A stretch of DNA of 64,000 nucleotides, taken from Budvicia aquatica DSM 5075 = ATCC 35567 (GTDB lineage Bacteria > Pseudomonadota > Gammaproteobacteria > Enterobacterales > Enterobacteriaceae). Position 1 is the stretch's first letter. Each line of letters starts with the position of its first letter. Below, in pieces: positions 1 through 9,400 of the stretch. Where the stretch lies: NCBI RefSeq assembly GCF_000427805.1, contig NZ_ATYS01000017.1, positions 1 to 64,000 of the forward strand. Direction: 5' to 3'. The position numbers and the translations under genes are program-made. Below the pieces are notes generated by a model. It made no database searches, was not told where the DNA came from, and saw only the letters and a program-made list of their open reading frames with translations.

Positions 1-322
1 GATAGTTTCAAACTGGTATTGTTGTGGGGAGGCGTCTCTAAGCATGGTAGTCAGTCCATTTTTTGTACTGACCTTATTAGATCAAAGTCCTAGCCTTTTG
101 ACTAGGACTTTGTCATCAGTCTGAGGAGCCGTTCCGGCTCCTTTCTTCTTAATACCGATCTTATTCATAGCGCCTTATGTGCCTTGCTTCGCAATACAAC
201 GCTTATTTATAAACAAATAAGATCAAGTGATAACGGCTCAGCGGTATTTATGTTAAAGTTCAAAAAAATAACATTCCCATTACTTAATAAGTACATACTA
301 TGTACATAGCCAAGGTCATCTT

Positions 323-1768
323 ATGACACCACAACGTATATTAATTCTGGGAGCCAGCGGATATATCGGGCAGCACCTTATCCCCTATCTGACGTCTCAA
401 GGCCATCAGGTTACCGCGGCTGCCAGACGAATACAGTGGCTGGAAGAACAACACATTCCAAACGTCAGCTGCCAGTATGTTGACCTGTTTAAGCCTGAAA
501 CTATTACTCCCGCATTAAAAAATATCGACGTTGTCTATTATCTGGTACATAGCATGGGAGAAAAGGCTGACTTTTTGTATAGCGAAAAAAAATCAGCCCA
601 AAACCTACAGCAGGCCTTGCGCCATTCCAACGTTAAGCAAGTTATCTTTTTAGGCGCTCTTCAGCCAAAAGAAGGGAGTTCGTCACAGCATTTGCTGGCC
701 CGAAAAATAACCGGTGAAGCTCTGCGCGCCAGCGGTATTCCGGTTACTGAATTACGAGCGGCAATCATTATCGGCGCAGGTTCAGCGGCATTCGAAGTTA
801 TGCGGGATATGGTTTACAGCCTACCGATTCTCACGCCGCCACGCTGGGTTCGCTCGAAGTCATCACCGGTCGCTTTAGATAATTTATTGTTCTATCTGTC
901 AGAGATACTGAATCACCCTTCCGATCAAAACCGTATTTTTGACGTTGGTGGTCCTGAATACATTAGCTATCAAACGATGTTTGAACGCTTTATCGCCATT
1001 ACCGGTAAAAAGCGCTGGATTATTCCTATTCCGCTGCCGACGCAATTTATATCAGTGTATTGGCTAAATATGATCACTACGGTACCTACCAACATAGCTA
1101 AAGCGCTGATTGAGGGCTTAAAACACAACCTGCCGGCAGACTCAGAGCCATTACAGAAGCTTATACCTCAACATTTAATTAATTATGATGATGCGGTGTT
1201 AACCACCATGAATAAAGAGCAGTCAGCGGTAAACTCGGCTGATTGGGGATACGACCCTGAAGCCCGAGCCCGCTGGCGCCCCGGCTACGCGTTTTATCCT
1301 AAACATGCGGGTTATACTATAAAGACTACCGCCAGCCCGGAAAGCATCTGGCAAGTATTCCAACAAATTGGCGGACCTGAAGGCTATTTCTATGCCAATT
1401 ATTTATGGAAAACCCGCGCCTGGATGGATGATATTTTCGGCGGGGAACGCCGCTATGGTCGACCTGAAAAAGCAGAGCTGGCCGTAGGCGATCAGGTTGA
1501 CTCTTGGAAAGTTATTTCCATCAAGCCTCTACGTCAAATTGCCATGTTATTTGGGATGAAAGCGCCGGGGCTGGGTCGACTCACTCTAAGTATTAATGGG
1601 ACGGGTGAAATTCATCAGATTGACGTTCGTGCCTGGTGGCACCCGGCAGGATTTGGCGGGTTACTTTACTGGTTTGTGATGATGCCTGCGCATCTGTTTA
1701 TTTTTAAAGGTATGGCCAAGCGCATTGCCTGGTTAGCCGAAGAATTGGAACGAAAAAACAATTCTTAA
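323..1768 (+). CDS. ybjT: NAD(P)-binding Rossmann (NmrA/SDR-like) protein fused to a DUF2867-like C-terminal domain, YbjT-like
   Basis: N-terminal GASGYIG dinucleotide-binding motif. The ~480 aa length and two-domain layout match E. coli YbjT. It is divergently adjacent to amiD as in E. coli. Confidence 0.65.
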   Translation: MTPQRILILGASGYIGQHLIPYLTSQGHQVTAAARRIQWLEEQHIPNVSCQYVDLFKPETITPALKNIDVVYYLVHSMGEKADFLYSEKKSAQNLQQALRHSNVKQVIFLGALQPKEGSSSQHLLARKITGEALRASGIPVTELRAAIIIGAGSAAFEVMRDMVYSLPILTPPRWVRSKSSPVALDNLLFYLSEILNHPSDQNRIFDVGGPEYISYQTMFERFIAITGKKRWIIPIPLPTQFISVYWLNMITTVPTNIAKALIEGLKHNLPADSEPLQKLIPQHLINYDDAVLTTMNKEQSAVNSADWGYDPEARARWRPGYAFYPKHAGYTIKTTASPESIWQVFQQIGGPEGYFYANYLWKTRAWMDDIFGGERRYGRPEKAELAVGDQVDSWKVISIKPLRQIAMLFGMKAPGLGRLTLSINGTGEIHQIDVRAWWHPAGFGGLLYWFVMMPAHLFIFKGMAKRIAWLAEELERKNNS

Positions 1769-1851
1769 TATTTCACAGCATCAAACTAACTTTACGGCGC
1801 TATTTCGTTAAACCCGCGAAATAGCGCCGTAAAACCAATAGCGTCCTGCAA

Positions 1852-2733
1852 TTACGATTTATACTTCTCTAATAAAGCATCCAAAATCGCTAACGTCTCT
1901 GCATCAGCCTCACCCGAATAATTTGCCGGTCTGAAATGCATCTGAAAGGCCTTAATCACTGTTCGGGTTTGATTATCCATCACGCCACTGTCCGATACCT
2001 GATAACCATATCGATTGAGGTTATTCTGTAGCTGTTTGACATCGACGGCTGAGTGTAACTGACGCTTTGCCAAATACCGCTCAACCGTCGGAGAGTCAGG
2101 CCATGCTCCGATGCCAGCATCGGCCAGTTTCTTCCATGGAAATAACGGACCGGGATCAATTTTGCGTCCCGGAGAGATATCACTGTGTCCGACAACGTTA
2201 ATCGCCGCGATCTGATTGCGCTCAATAATATCGCGCGATAAGGCAATCACCAGCGCTATTTGGTTATCCGTAAAGGGCTGCCAATGGCTCACACCATTCA
2301 CCTTAGATGGGCCCTGATTAACAATTTCAACCCCAACGGAAGTATCATTCAAATTGATTCTTCCACGCCAAAAGCTGGCTCCTGCATGCCAGGCTCGCAT
2401 ATTTTCTGGCACCAACTGCAAAACAATAGCTTTACCTGACTGAATATCTGGGTCGGTATCAACTAAATAGTGAGCGCTGACGTTCTCGCCGGTAAGGATG
2501 TTCAACGATGAAGGGAAATCTTCTGCCGTATAATGAAAAACCAAAAACTGAATTCTTGGTTCTGCCCCCAGAGCACGGTGAGTATCATCAACCCAGTAAT
2601 CACCGCGGTCTTTAAGTGAATGACAACCAGAGATTAAAAACGCCAATACGGCCACAGCCAAAATATATATATACCGCCTGCCACTAAAGGGTAGACCAAA
2701 CTTAACCGCCCCTGACGTTGCCATCATATCCAT
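1852..2733 (-). CDS. amiD: N-acetylmuramoyl-L-alanine amidase AmiD (AmpD-fold lipoprotein with C-terminal peptidoglycan-binding domain)
   Basis: Lipobox LISGC. Amidase_2 motifs are present (HYTA, HAG, GHSD). The C-terminal PG-binding repeat is recognisable. The true start is probably one of the internal Met codons near the N-terminus. Confidence 0.75.
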   Translation of the reverse strand: MDMMATSGAVKFGLPFSGRRYIYILAVAVLAFLISGCHSLKDRGDYWVDDTHRALGAEPRIQFLVFHYTAEDFPSSLNILTGENVSAHYLVDTDPDIQSGKAIVLQLVPENMRAWHAGASFWRGRINLNDTSVGVEIVNQGPSKVNGVSHWQPFTDNQIALVIALSRDIIERNQIAAINVVGHSDISPGRKIDPGPLFPWKKLADAGIGAWPDSPTVERYLAKRQLHSAVDVKQLQNNLNRYGYQVSDSGVMDNQTRTVIKAFQMHFRPANYSGEADAETLAILDALLEKYKS

Positions 2734-3011
2734 GACTTAAATTACCTTGTGTTACTTTTATGCTGATCCTGTACTCATTATGCTCGAAAATGTCATATTT
2801 TGTTTCAAACAACGCTATTTTATTTGCCCTAAGCGATAAATACTCCCCCCTCAAAGGGCAATAAACAGACAGATTGAGCAAAAATTCATCGAACTGCTTT
2901 TTCGTCTGCGATAAATATCAAAAAATGTTCGATTGTCGCTGTCCAACAGCGAATAAACCTGATTTACTACTTCAAGCTTTGTAGCCATTAACCGTTTAAG
3001 AAAGGACTCTG

Positions 3012-3662
3012 ATGACGCTCTTTTTACAAAACTGCCTAGCATTTCCAACGATCATTTTCAGCGGACTACTGATTATAGTCTTACTGTATTGGATTTCTGC
3101 TGCCTTTGGCCTTCTCGATATTGATATTCTTAATATTGATGGCGTCGATATAAATACCGACGTTGACGGCTTTGATGCCCCCGGTGTGGCCGGATTACTC
3201 ATGAAGCTGGGGCTAGCCGGTATTCCGCTGACTATTATTATCACCCTGATAACCTTAACCGGCTGGTTTCTGACCTATTTCAGCACTCACCTAATTCTTC
3301 GCTTTATCGATACTGATATTATTCGTTATCTATTAGGAACTGCCGTATTTATTCTGGCTGGCTTTGTATCAGTTTTAGTGACCTCCATGATTCTAAAGCC
3401 CCTGCGTCCTAAATTAGCTAAGTTAAATCAAGCCAAAACGGTTAAGTCACTACTTGGCCAAATCGCTGAAGTCCGCTCTCCGATTGTTACTGAACAACGG
3501 GGAGAAGCTTTATTAGCCGATGGCGGTGCGGGTTTGATTCTTCAGGTCAGAGCATCTGAAGATGCCGGTATTGTTCGCGGAAATCGCATTGTTTTAATTG
3601 CCTACGACGCTGCAACTCACAGTTACACCGTTGTTAGTGAGGCTGAATTTAACCGACTTTAA
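3012..3662 (+). CDS. yqiJ: NfeD-like inner membrane protein (YqiJ/DUF1449 family), partner of flotillin
   Basis: Several N-terminal TM helices. The C-terminal soluble OB-fold-like segment (GEALLADGGAGLILQVRA...GNRIVLIAYD) is typical of short NfeD proteins encoded upstream of SPFH genes. Confidence 0.6.
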   Translation: MTLFLQNCLAFPTIIFSGLLIIVLLYWISAAFGLLDIDILNIDGVDINTDVDGFDAPGVAGLLMKLGLAGIPLTIIITLITLTGWFLTYFSTHLILRFIDTDIIRYLLGTAVFILAGFVSVLVTSMILKPLRPKLAKLNQAKTVKSLLGQIAEVRSPIVTEQRGEALLADGGAGLILQVRASEDAGIVRGNRIVLIAYDAATHSYTVVSEAEFNRL

Positions 3663-4021
3663 TTCATTTTTCCTTTCCCTGAATAATGGATAGGACTATC
3701 TATGGATGGTGGCTTAAGAATGAATCATGGAGGAGCTAAAATGTCCCAATTCCTTTCAAACAGCCGATGTCTGTCAGCTATCTGTTCGCGTTATACATTT
3801 GCCAAGCCCCGAATTTTCTTATATCGAACATTAACAAGAAAGCAGACCACACTTTTACAAGAAATTTTTCTATATTCGAACGTGAGTATCAGGTTTAGTT
3901 AGACACACGGTTATTAGTCATACTTTTGATCGGTAATATTATCGCATTAGCACACATTAGTTGATGATTACATAAGACTTAGCGGGACAGTAATATCCCT
4001 CAATTACACGGAGAAATACTT

Positions 4022-6262
4022 ATGTCTATGGCAGATTTAATGCCGTTCTTTACCATTGTTGGCGCGGTTATCGTGTTCATTTTGGGATTTTTTGGGTTAT
4101 TCAAAGCGTTCTATATCAAGGTGCCACAGGGAACTGCGCTGATTGTCAATGACATGTCATCTCAACCTAAAGTGCATTTTACCGGCGCACTGGTTTACCC
4201 GGTCATCTACAAAAAAGAGTTTATGCGTATCTCTTTGCTGACTCTGGAAGTTGACCGCCGGGGTAAAGATGGCCTGATCTGTAAGGATAACTTACGGGCA
4301 GATATTACCGTCGCTTTCTACCTGCGGGTTAATGAAACGACTGAAGACGTATTGAAAGTCGCGAAATCTATCGGCGTTGAGCGCGCTTCTGACCATCAGG
4401 CCGTCAGCGTATTATTCAGTGCAAAATTCTCCGAAGCGCTGAAAACCGTCGGTAAACAATTTGAGTTATCTAAGCTATTTGAAGATAGACAAAATTTCCG
4501 CGATCGCATTGTCGATGTGATTGGTAAAGATCTTAACGGCTACGCGCTGGAAGACGTTGCCATTGACTACTTAGAGCAAACGCCAAAAAGCTCGCTCGAT
4601 CCAAACAATATTTTTGATTCAGAAGGTATTCGTAAAATCACTGAAATTACAGCGATTCACAATATTGAAACCAATCAAAAAGAACGCGATCAAGAGCTGG
4701 CAATCAAGAAAAAGAACGTGGAAACACGTGAAGCCAGTCTGGCACTAGAACGCCAGCAGGCCGATGCCGAAGCCCGTCAGCAGCGTGAAATTGAAACAAT
4801 TCGCGCCCGTGAAGCGGCAGAAACGTTAAAAGTAAAAGAAGAAGAGCGCCTGAAAGCAGAACAGGCGCGAATTCAGACCCAACAAGAAATTGAAATCCGG
4901 GAAGAAAACCGCCAGCGTGAAGTTGAAGTCGCTCAGCAAAACCGTACTCGTGCAGTTTCTATTGAAATTGAAAAAGTAACCCGAGCCAGAGACCTTGAAA
5001 TAGTTTCGCGCGAGCGTGAAGTTGAACTTCAACGAATAGATAAAGAAAAAGCGCTGGAAGAAGAGCGTAAAAATATTGCTAACGTGGTACGTGAACGAGT
5101 CGCGGTCGAAAAAACCGTTGCTCAGGAAGAAGAACGTATTAAAGAAGTGCGTATGGTGTCTGAAGCCGACCGCCAGAAACAAGTCACGATTATCCAGGCG
5201 CAGGCCGATGCGGAACAAGACTTAGTCCGTCAGGTTAAACAAGCCGAAGCCGATGAGAACAGCGCTAAGCACAAAGCCTTAGAAATTAGCACCATGGCAC
5301 AGGCAGAGTTAGAAGCAGCCGCCAAGCAGGCCGAGTCGAAAAAACGCATGGCTGAAGGCGTTGAGGCTGAACAGGCCGCTCTGGGTCTGGCAGATGCGCG
5401 TGTACGTCAAGCACAGGCTGAAGCTGAAGAGAAAGAAGGTTTAGTTCAGGCTAACGTTACCGCTGAAAAACTGTTGGCAGAAGCCCGCGGTGAGCAAGAG
5501 AAAGGATTAGCCCGCGCCCGTATTCTGGAAGCTCAGGCAGCGGCAGAAGAGAAACAGGGCCTTGCCGAAGCCCGGGTTCTGGAAGAGAAGCTAACGGCTC
5601 AGGCCCGCGGTGACGAACAACAGGCACTGGCTAACGAAAAACAAGGCCTGGTTGATGCTCACGTATTAGAAGAAAAACTGGCGGCTCAGGCTCGAGGTGA
5701 AGGTCAGTTAGGTGCTGCGCAGGCGGAAGTTGTTCGTCAGCGTCTGAAAGCCGAAGCTGATGGCCTGACTGATAAGTTTACCGCTATGGGGAATCTTAAT
5801 ACCACAGCCCGCGAGCACGAAGAGTTCCGTATGCAACTGGAAAAACACTTCGAGCAAAGCATGGCCTCTATCTCTGCAAATAAAGAGATTGCCAGAGAAC
5901 AGGCAGACGTTCTGGCCGCCGCGCTCAGCAAAACGAATATCGACATTGTTGGCGGCGACGGTAGCTTCTTTAATACCTTCTCTAAAGCCCTTAGCGTCGG
6001 TAAAGCCATTAATGGCGTGGTAGAAAAGAGCCCGGTGGTACAGGATGTGGTACAGAAACTGATGGGAGCAGGTAAAGATGGCCAAAAACTGGATATCGAA
6101 GCCCTTTTACAGAATCCGGAAGTATTGGCGCTGATTCAGCAACTGACATCAGCACCGAAACCATCTGCACCACCGGCTTCGCCAGCGCTGCCACTCGCAG
6201 CACCGGTACCGCCAGCACCAGCACCAGCACCAGCACCAGCACCAAGCATGACTGAAGACTAA
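4022..6262 (+). CDS. yqiK: SPFH/band-7 flotillin-like protein (YqiK family) with extended coiled coil and C-terminal Pro-Ala repeat
   Basis: N-terminal TM segment followed by an SPFH domain. Long E/A/R/Q-rich coiled coil with internal AQARGE repeats. C-terminal (PA)n tail. At 746 aa it is longer than E. coli YqiK (553 aa). Confidence 0.8.
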   Translation: MSMADLMPFFTIVGAVIVFILGFFGLFKAFYIKVPQGTALIVNDMSSQPKVHFTGALVYPVIYKKEFMRISLLTLEVDRRGKDGLICKDNLRADITVAFYLRVNETTEDVLKVAKSIGVERASDHQAVSVLFSAKFSEALKTVGKQFELSKLFEDRQNFRDRIVDVIGKDLNGYALEDVAIDYLEQTPKSSLDPNNIFDSEGIRKITEITAIHNIETNQKERDQELAIKKKNVETREASLALERQQADAEARQQREIETIRAREAAETLKVKEEERLKAEQARIQTQQEIEIREENRQREVEVAQQNRTRAVSIEIEKVTRARDLEIVSREREVELQRIDKEKALEEERKNIANVVRERVAVEKTVAQEEERIKEVRMVSEADRQKQVTIIQAQADAEQDLVRQVKQAEADENSAKHKALEISTMAQAELEAAAKQAESKKRMAEGVEAEQAALGLADARVRQAQAEAEEKEGLVQANVTAEKLLAEARGEQEKGLARARILEAQAAAEEKQGLAEARVLEEKLTAQARGDEQQALANEKQGLVDAHVLEEKLAAQARGEGQLGAAQAEVVRQRLKAEADGLTDKFTAMGNLNTTAREHEEFRMQLEKHFEQSMASISANKEIAREQADVLAAALSKTNIDIVGGDGSFFNTFSKALSVGKAINGVVEKSPVVQDVVQKLMGAGKDGQKLDIEALLQNPEVLALIQQLTSAPKPSAPPASPALPLAAPVPPAPAPAPAPAPSMTED

Positions 6263-6270
6263 TATCCGGC

Positions 6271-6314
6271 GGGCCATCCGTGCAATTGCATTCGATGGCC
6301 CGTTTCTTTTTATT
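6271..6314 (+). terminator. Rho-independent terminator after yqiK-like gene
   Basis: Stem GGGCCATC...GATGGCCC followed by a TTTCTTTTTATTT run. Confidence 0.7.
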
Positions 6315-6452
6315 TAACACATTGTATTTACTAAGATAAGTTCACCCAGAAATAGTGCAGTATCAGGTCAACGGTAAATTTATCTTAGTTAATTTCTCTG
6401 AAAAATCATTATCAGAGTCAGCACGGCTAAAAAATATAATTTTATCAAGGAA

Positions 6453-9400
6453 ATGTTAAACGCCATGTCAGATAACCAAGACAATAATCGCGAACAGGAA
6501 TTACTGGATAACGCCGTTGCAGAAGGCGGTGCCTACGATATTTTACGTAAACGCTTATCTGAACAGGGCCAACAACTCCACGAAAAAGCGAAACAGCTAA
6601 ACGGTCGCCGTCTGGAAGAGTTCGGCAAAAGCCAGATGGACATCATTGGCCGTATCCGTATTCGTACTGAAAATAACTGCGTTGCGCGAGATATTGTCCG
6701 CGTCGGTGAGTGGCTGCTGTTTGGCTATAACGTTTTTATTGGCTTGAAAAAAGAGACGCGCATAGAAGATGTCTTCTCTCTTTATCGCCTGACTGAAAAT
6801 GAGGGCGAATACGACGTTGAACCCGTTGCTTTAACCGGCACCTTCCTGAACATCAACAGCTTTGTTCAGGACTTTAACGAGCTCTACACTTACTATAAGA
6901 ATACCCAGTTACTTCAACTTGTTGAACGTGAAGGAAAACTGCTGGCCAGTTTCCAAATCGGCGAGAGAATTACCGACGTCAGGGTTTTCCGCTGGTCAAT
7001 ATCAAGCGATAAAACTGAAATTAAATATATCGACAACCGCGGTGAACGGGATATCGCCCTGCCTCCGGCCTATGACTTTGAGTGGCATAAAACCACCCGT
7101 GAGAATGCGGTCAATGGCCGCTACTCTCATATGAATATTCTGGATACGGTATTCGTCGAAACGATTGGCGGTGACCTGACGATTAAGTGTGAAAACAACA
7201 CCGAAGACGGCTTGGGAATCTATCGGGAAGCGGTATTAGATAAAACCCAATCTCTGGATGATGCGCAGATTGAATATGCTCAGGCCGGCCCCCTGATTTT
7301 GCTAAAAATATTGCCTTATCGGGAAGAGTCCTGGCGCTATCTGGTTTATAACACCTTATCTCAAACAGCTATGCGTATTGATGCCATAGGGCTGGCCTGT
7401 ATTCAGCTACCGGAAGACCACGGCATTATCTTCCCGGGCGGTTACTATTTACAAAACGGCGAGTATAAGACCTTTGACCAGCCGATGGATGGCATGCGTT
7501 TTCGCCGAATTCGTCGTTCACCAAACGGTGAAGACGTATTATATATTTTCTATGAGCCTAACTTTGGCCGTTTAGCCCTGTTTAACTACAACATGATTGA
7601 ACGTAAGCTACACAATCCGTTGTTTGGCCATGGCTATGCCATGCTGGAAGATGGCCGAATGGTGCTGTTTGAAGGCCAATCGAATGAACCTACCCGTATT
7701 CATCCAATGCAGGTTTGGCAAACGCCCTACTACTCAGATGAATATGCCGCCCTTCAGCCGGCAAAAAATAGCTTTTTTGGCCGAATTGGTAATGCCGAAC
7801 TGGTTCGGGGAATTTCTGACCTCTACCACATCGCCAGAGAGATAGAGCAACAGCAAATATCATCTCAGCTTTATGAAAAACTCAGTCAGGATGCACGCCG
7901 ACTGATCGATATCTACTATTGGCTCAATGATGAGCAGAGCCTGCACGCATCCATCTTACTAAAAGAAATATCGCAAACCGGCGAACTGGTACTGGATGAA
8001 TACGAAAAAGTTGAGAGTATCCGCCGCCAGTCCGAACGGGCAATGAGTGAAGCAACATCTCGCCAAAAACAGCTAATTTTATCCTTATTACCGGACAGCT
8101 GGAGTAACGCTCAGCAGTTTGTTGACGCACTCAATGAGCTTAATGTCCACCGCGGGCAGCTCATCACCCTGCGGGATTATCGCTATATTGACTTAGACCG
8201 ACTCGATGAGATGGAACAACAGCTCACCGAGAGTCAACAAAGAATCTCACTCGCCACGGCTGACTTTTTGGCCAGCGATAAAGCCCTGCTGCCTTTTACT
8301 CAGCAGCTTCAGTCACTGGAAAAGCAGACTCAGGAAGCGACGAATAACGTCCAGCTTAACGAGCCCTTAGCCGGCATGGAAAAAATGTCTGCGGATTTAG
8401 ACATGCTTTCCAATCTGATGGCCTCATTGAAGTTCGAAGATACCATTCAACAAACTCATATTATTGAATCAATATCTGAGATCTATGCCAGATTAAATCA
8501 GGCCCGAGCCCGTTTACAACAGCGCCGCAAAGAGCAAGGTTCAGTAGAGTCTATTGCTCAATTCGGTGCTCAATTTAAGCTATTTAGTCAGGGGATTACT
8601 AACGCCTTAACGCTGGCCAGCGATCCTGAGCGTTGCGATGAGCAGCTTTCCCGTTTACTGGTTCAGTTAGAAGAGTTGGAAAGCCAGTTCAGCGAGCAGG
8701 AAGAGTTTTTAAACGATATTCTAAGTAAACGAGAAGAGTTACTTGAAACGTTTGAAAGCCATAAGCAATCCCTGCTGGATGAGCGCCAACGTAAATCACA
8801 AAATCTGACCGTTGCCGCTGACCGACTGCTCGACAGCCTTCAACGCAGAACCGCTCGATTTAACACCCTTGATGAGCTCAATGCCTTTTTCGCCTCTGAC
8901 CCGCTATCGATTAAAACTCGTGAAATTATTGAACGACTGCGCGGGCTAAAAGACAGCGTCAAAGCCGATGATATTGATGCCAAATTTAAAGCCGCCCGGG
9001 ATCAGGCTATCCGCAGCTTAAGGGATAAATCCGAAATATATGAAGACGGTGGCAACGTCATTAAGCTCGGCCCTCGCCATAGGTTTAGCGTTAATACACA
9101 GGAACTGGATCTCACTATTTTACCTCGCGGGGAACAGCTTTATTTGCATTTAACCGGTACCGATTATCAGGAACCCATTGAAAGTGATGAGCTGGAAACG
9201 CTAAAAGAGTATTGGCAGATCTCGATTGAATCTGAATCACCTGAAGTCTACCGGGGTGAATATCTCGCCTACTCTCTGATTTATGCCGCCAGTAAAGAGC
9301 AAGATGGTCTCACTCTGGACAAACTGATCTCCCTACTCCATGAGCCGGAAGCGCTGGAAAAAACCGTTCGTGATTTTGCCTCACCTCGTTATAAAGAGGG

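Noticed and set aside
85-110. Inverted repeat AGTCCTAGccttttgaCTAGGACT near the window start
   Set aside because: No T-run on either strand, and its context is truncated by the window edge. It could belong to an upstream gene I cannot see.
3702-3902. 66-aa ORF between yqiJ-like and yqiK-like genes
   Set aside because: No RBS and an odd composition. The region more plausibly holds the yqiK promoter.
6212-6244. (CCAGCA)n tract considered as a phase-variation switch
   Set aside because: The repeat unit is 6 nt, so slippage keeps the frame. It can change length but cannot switch expression on and off.
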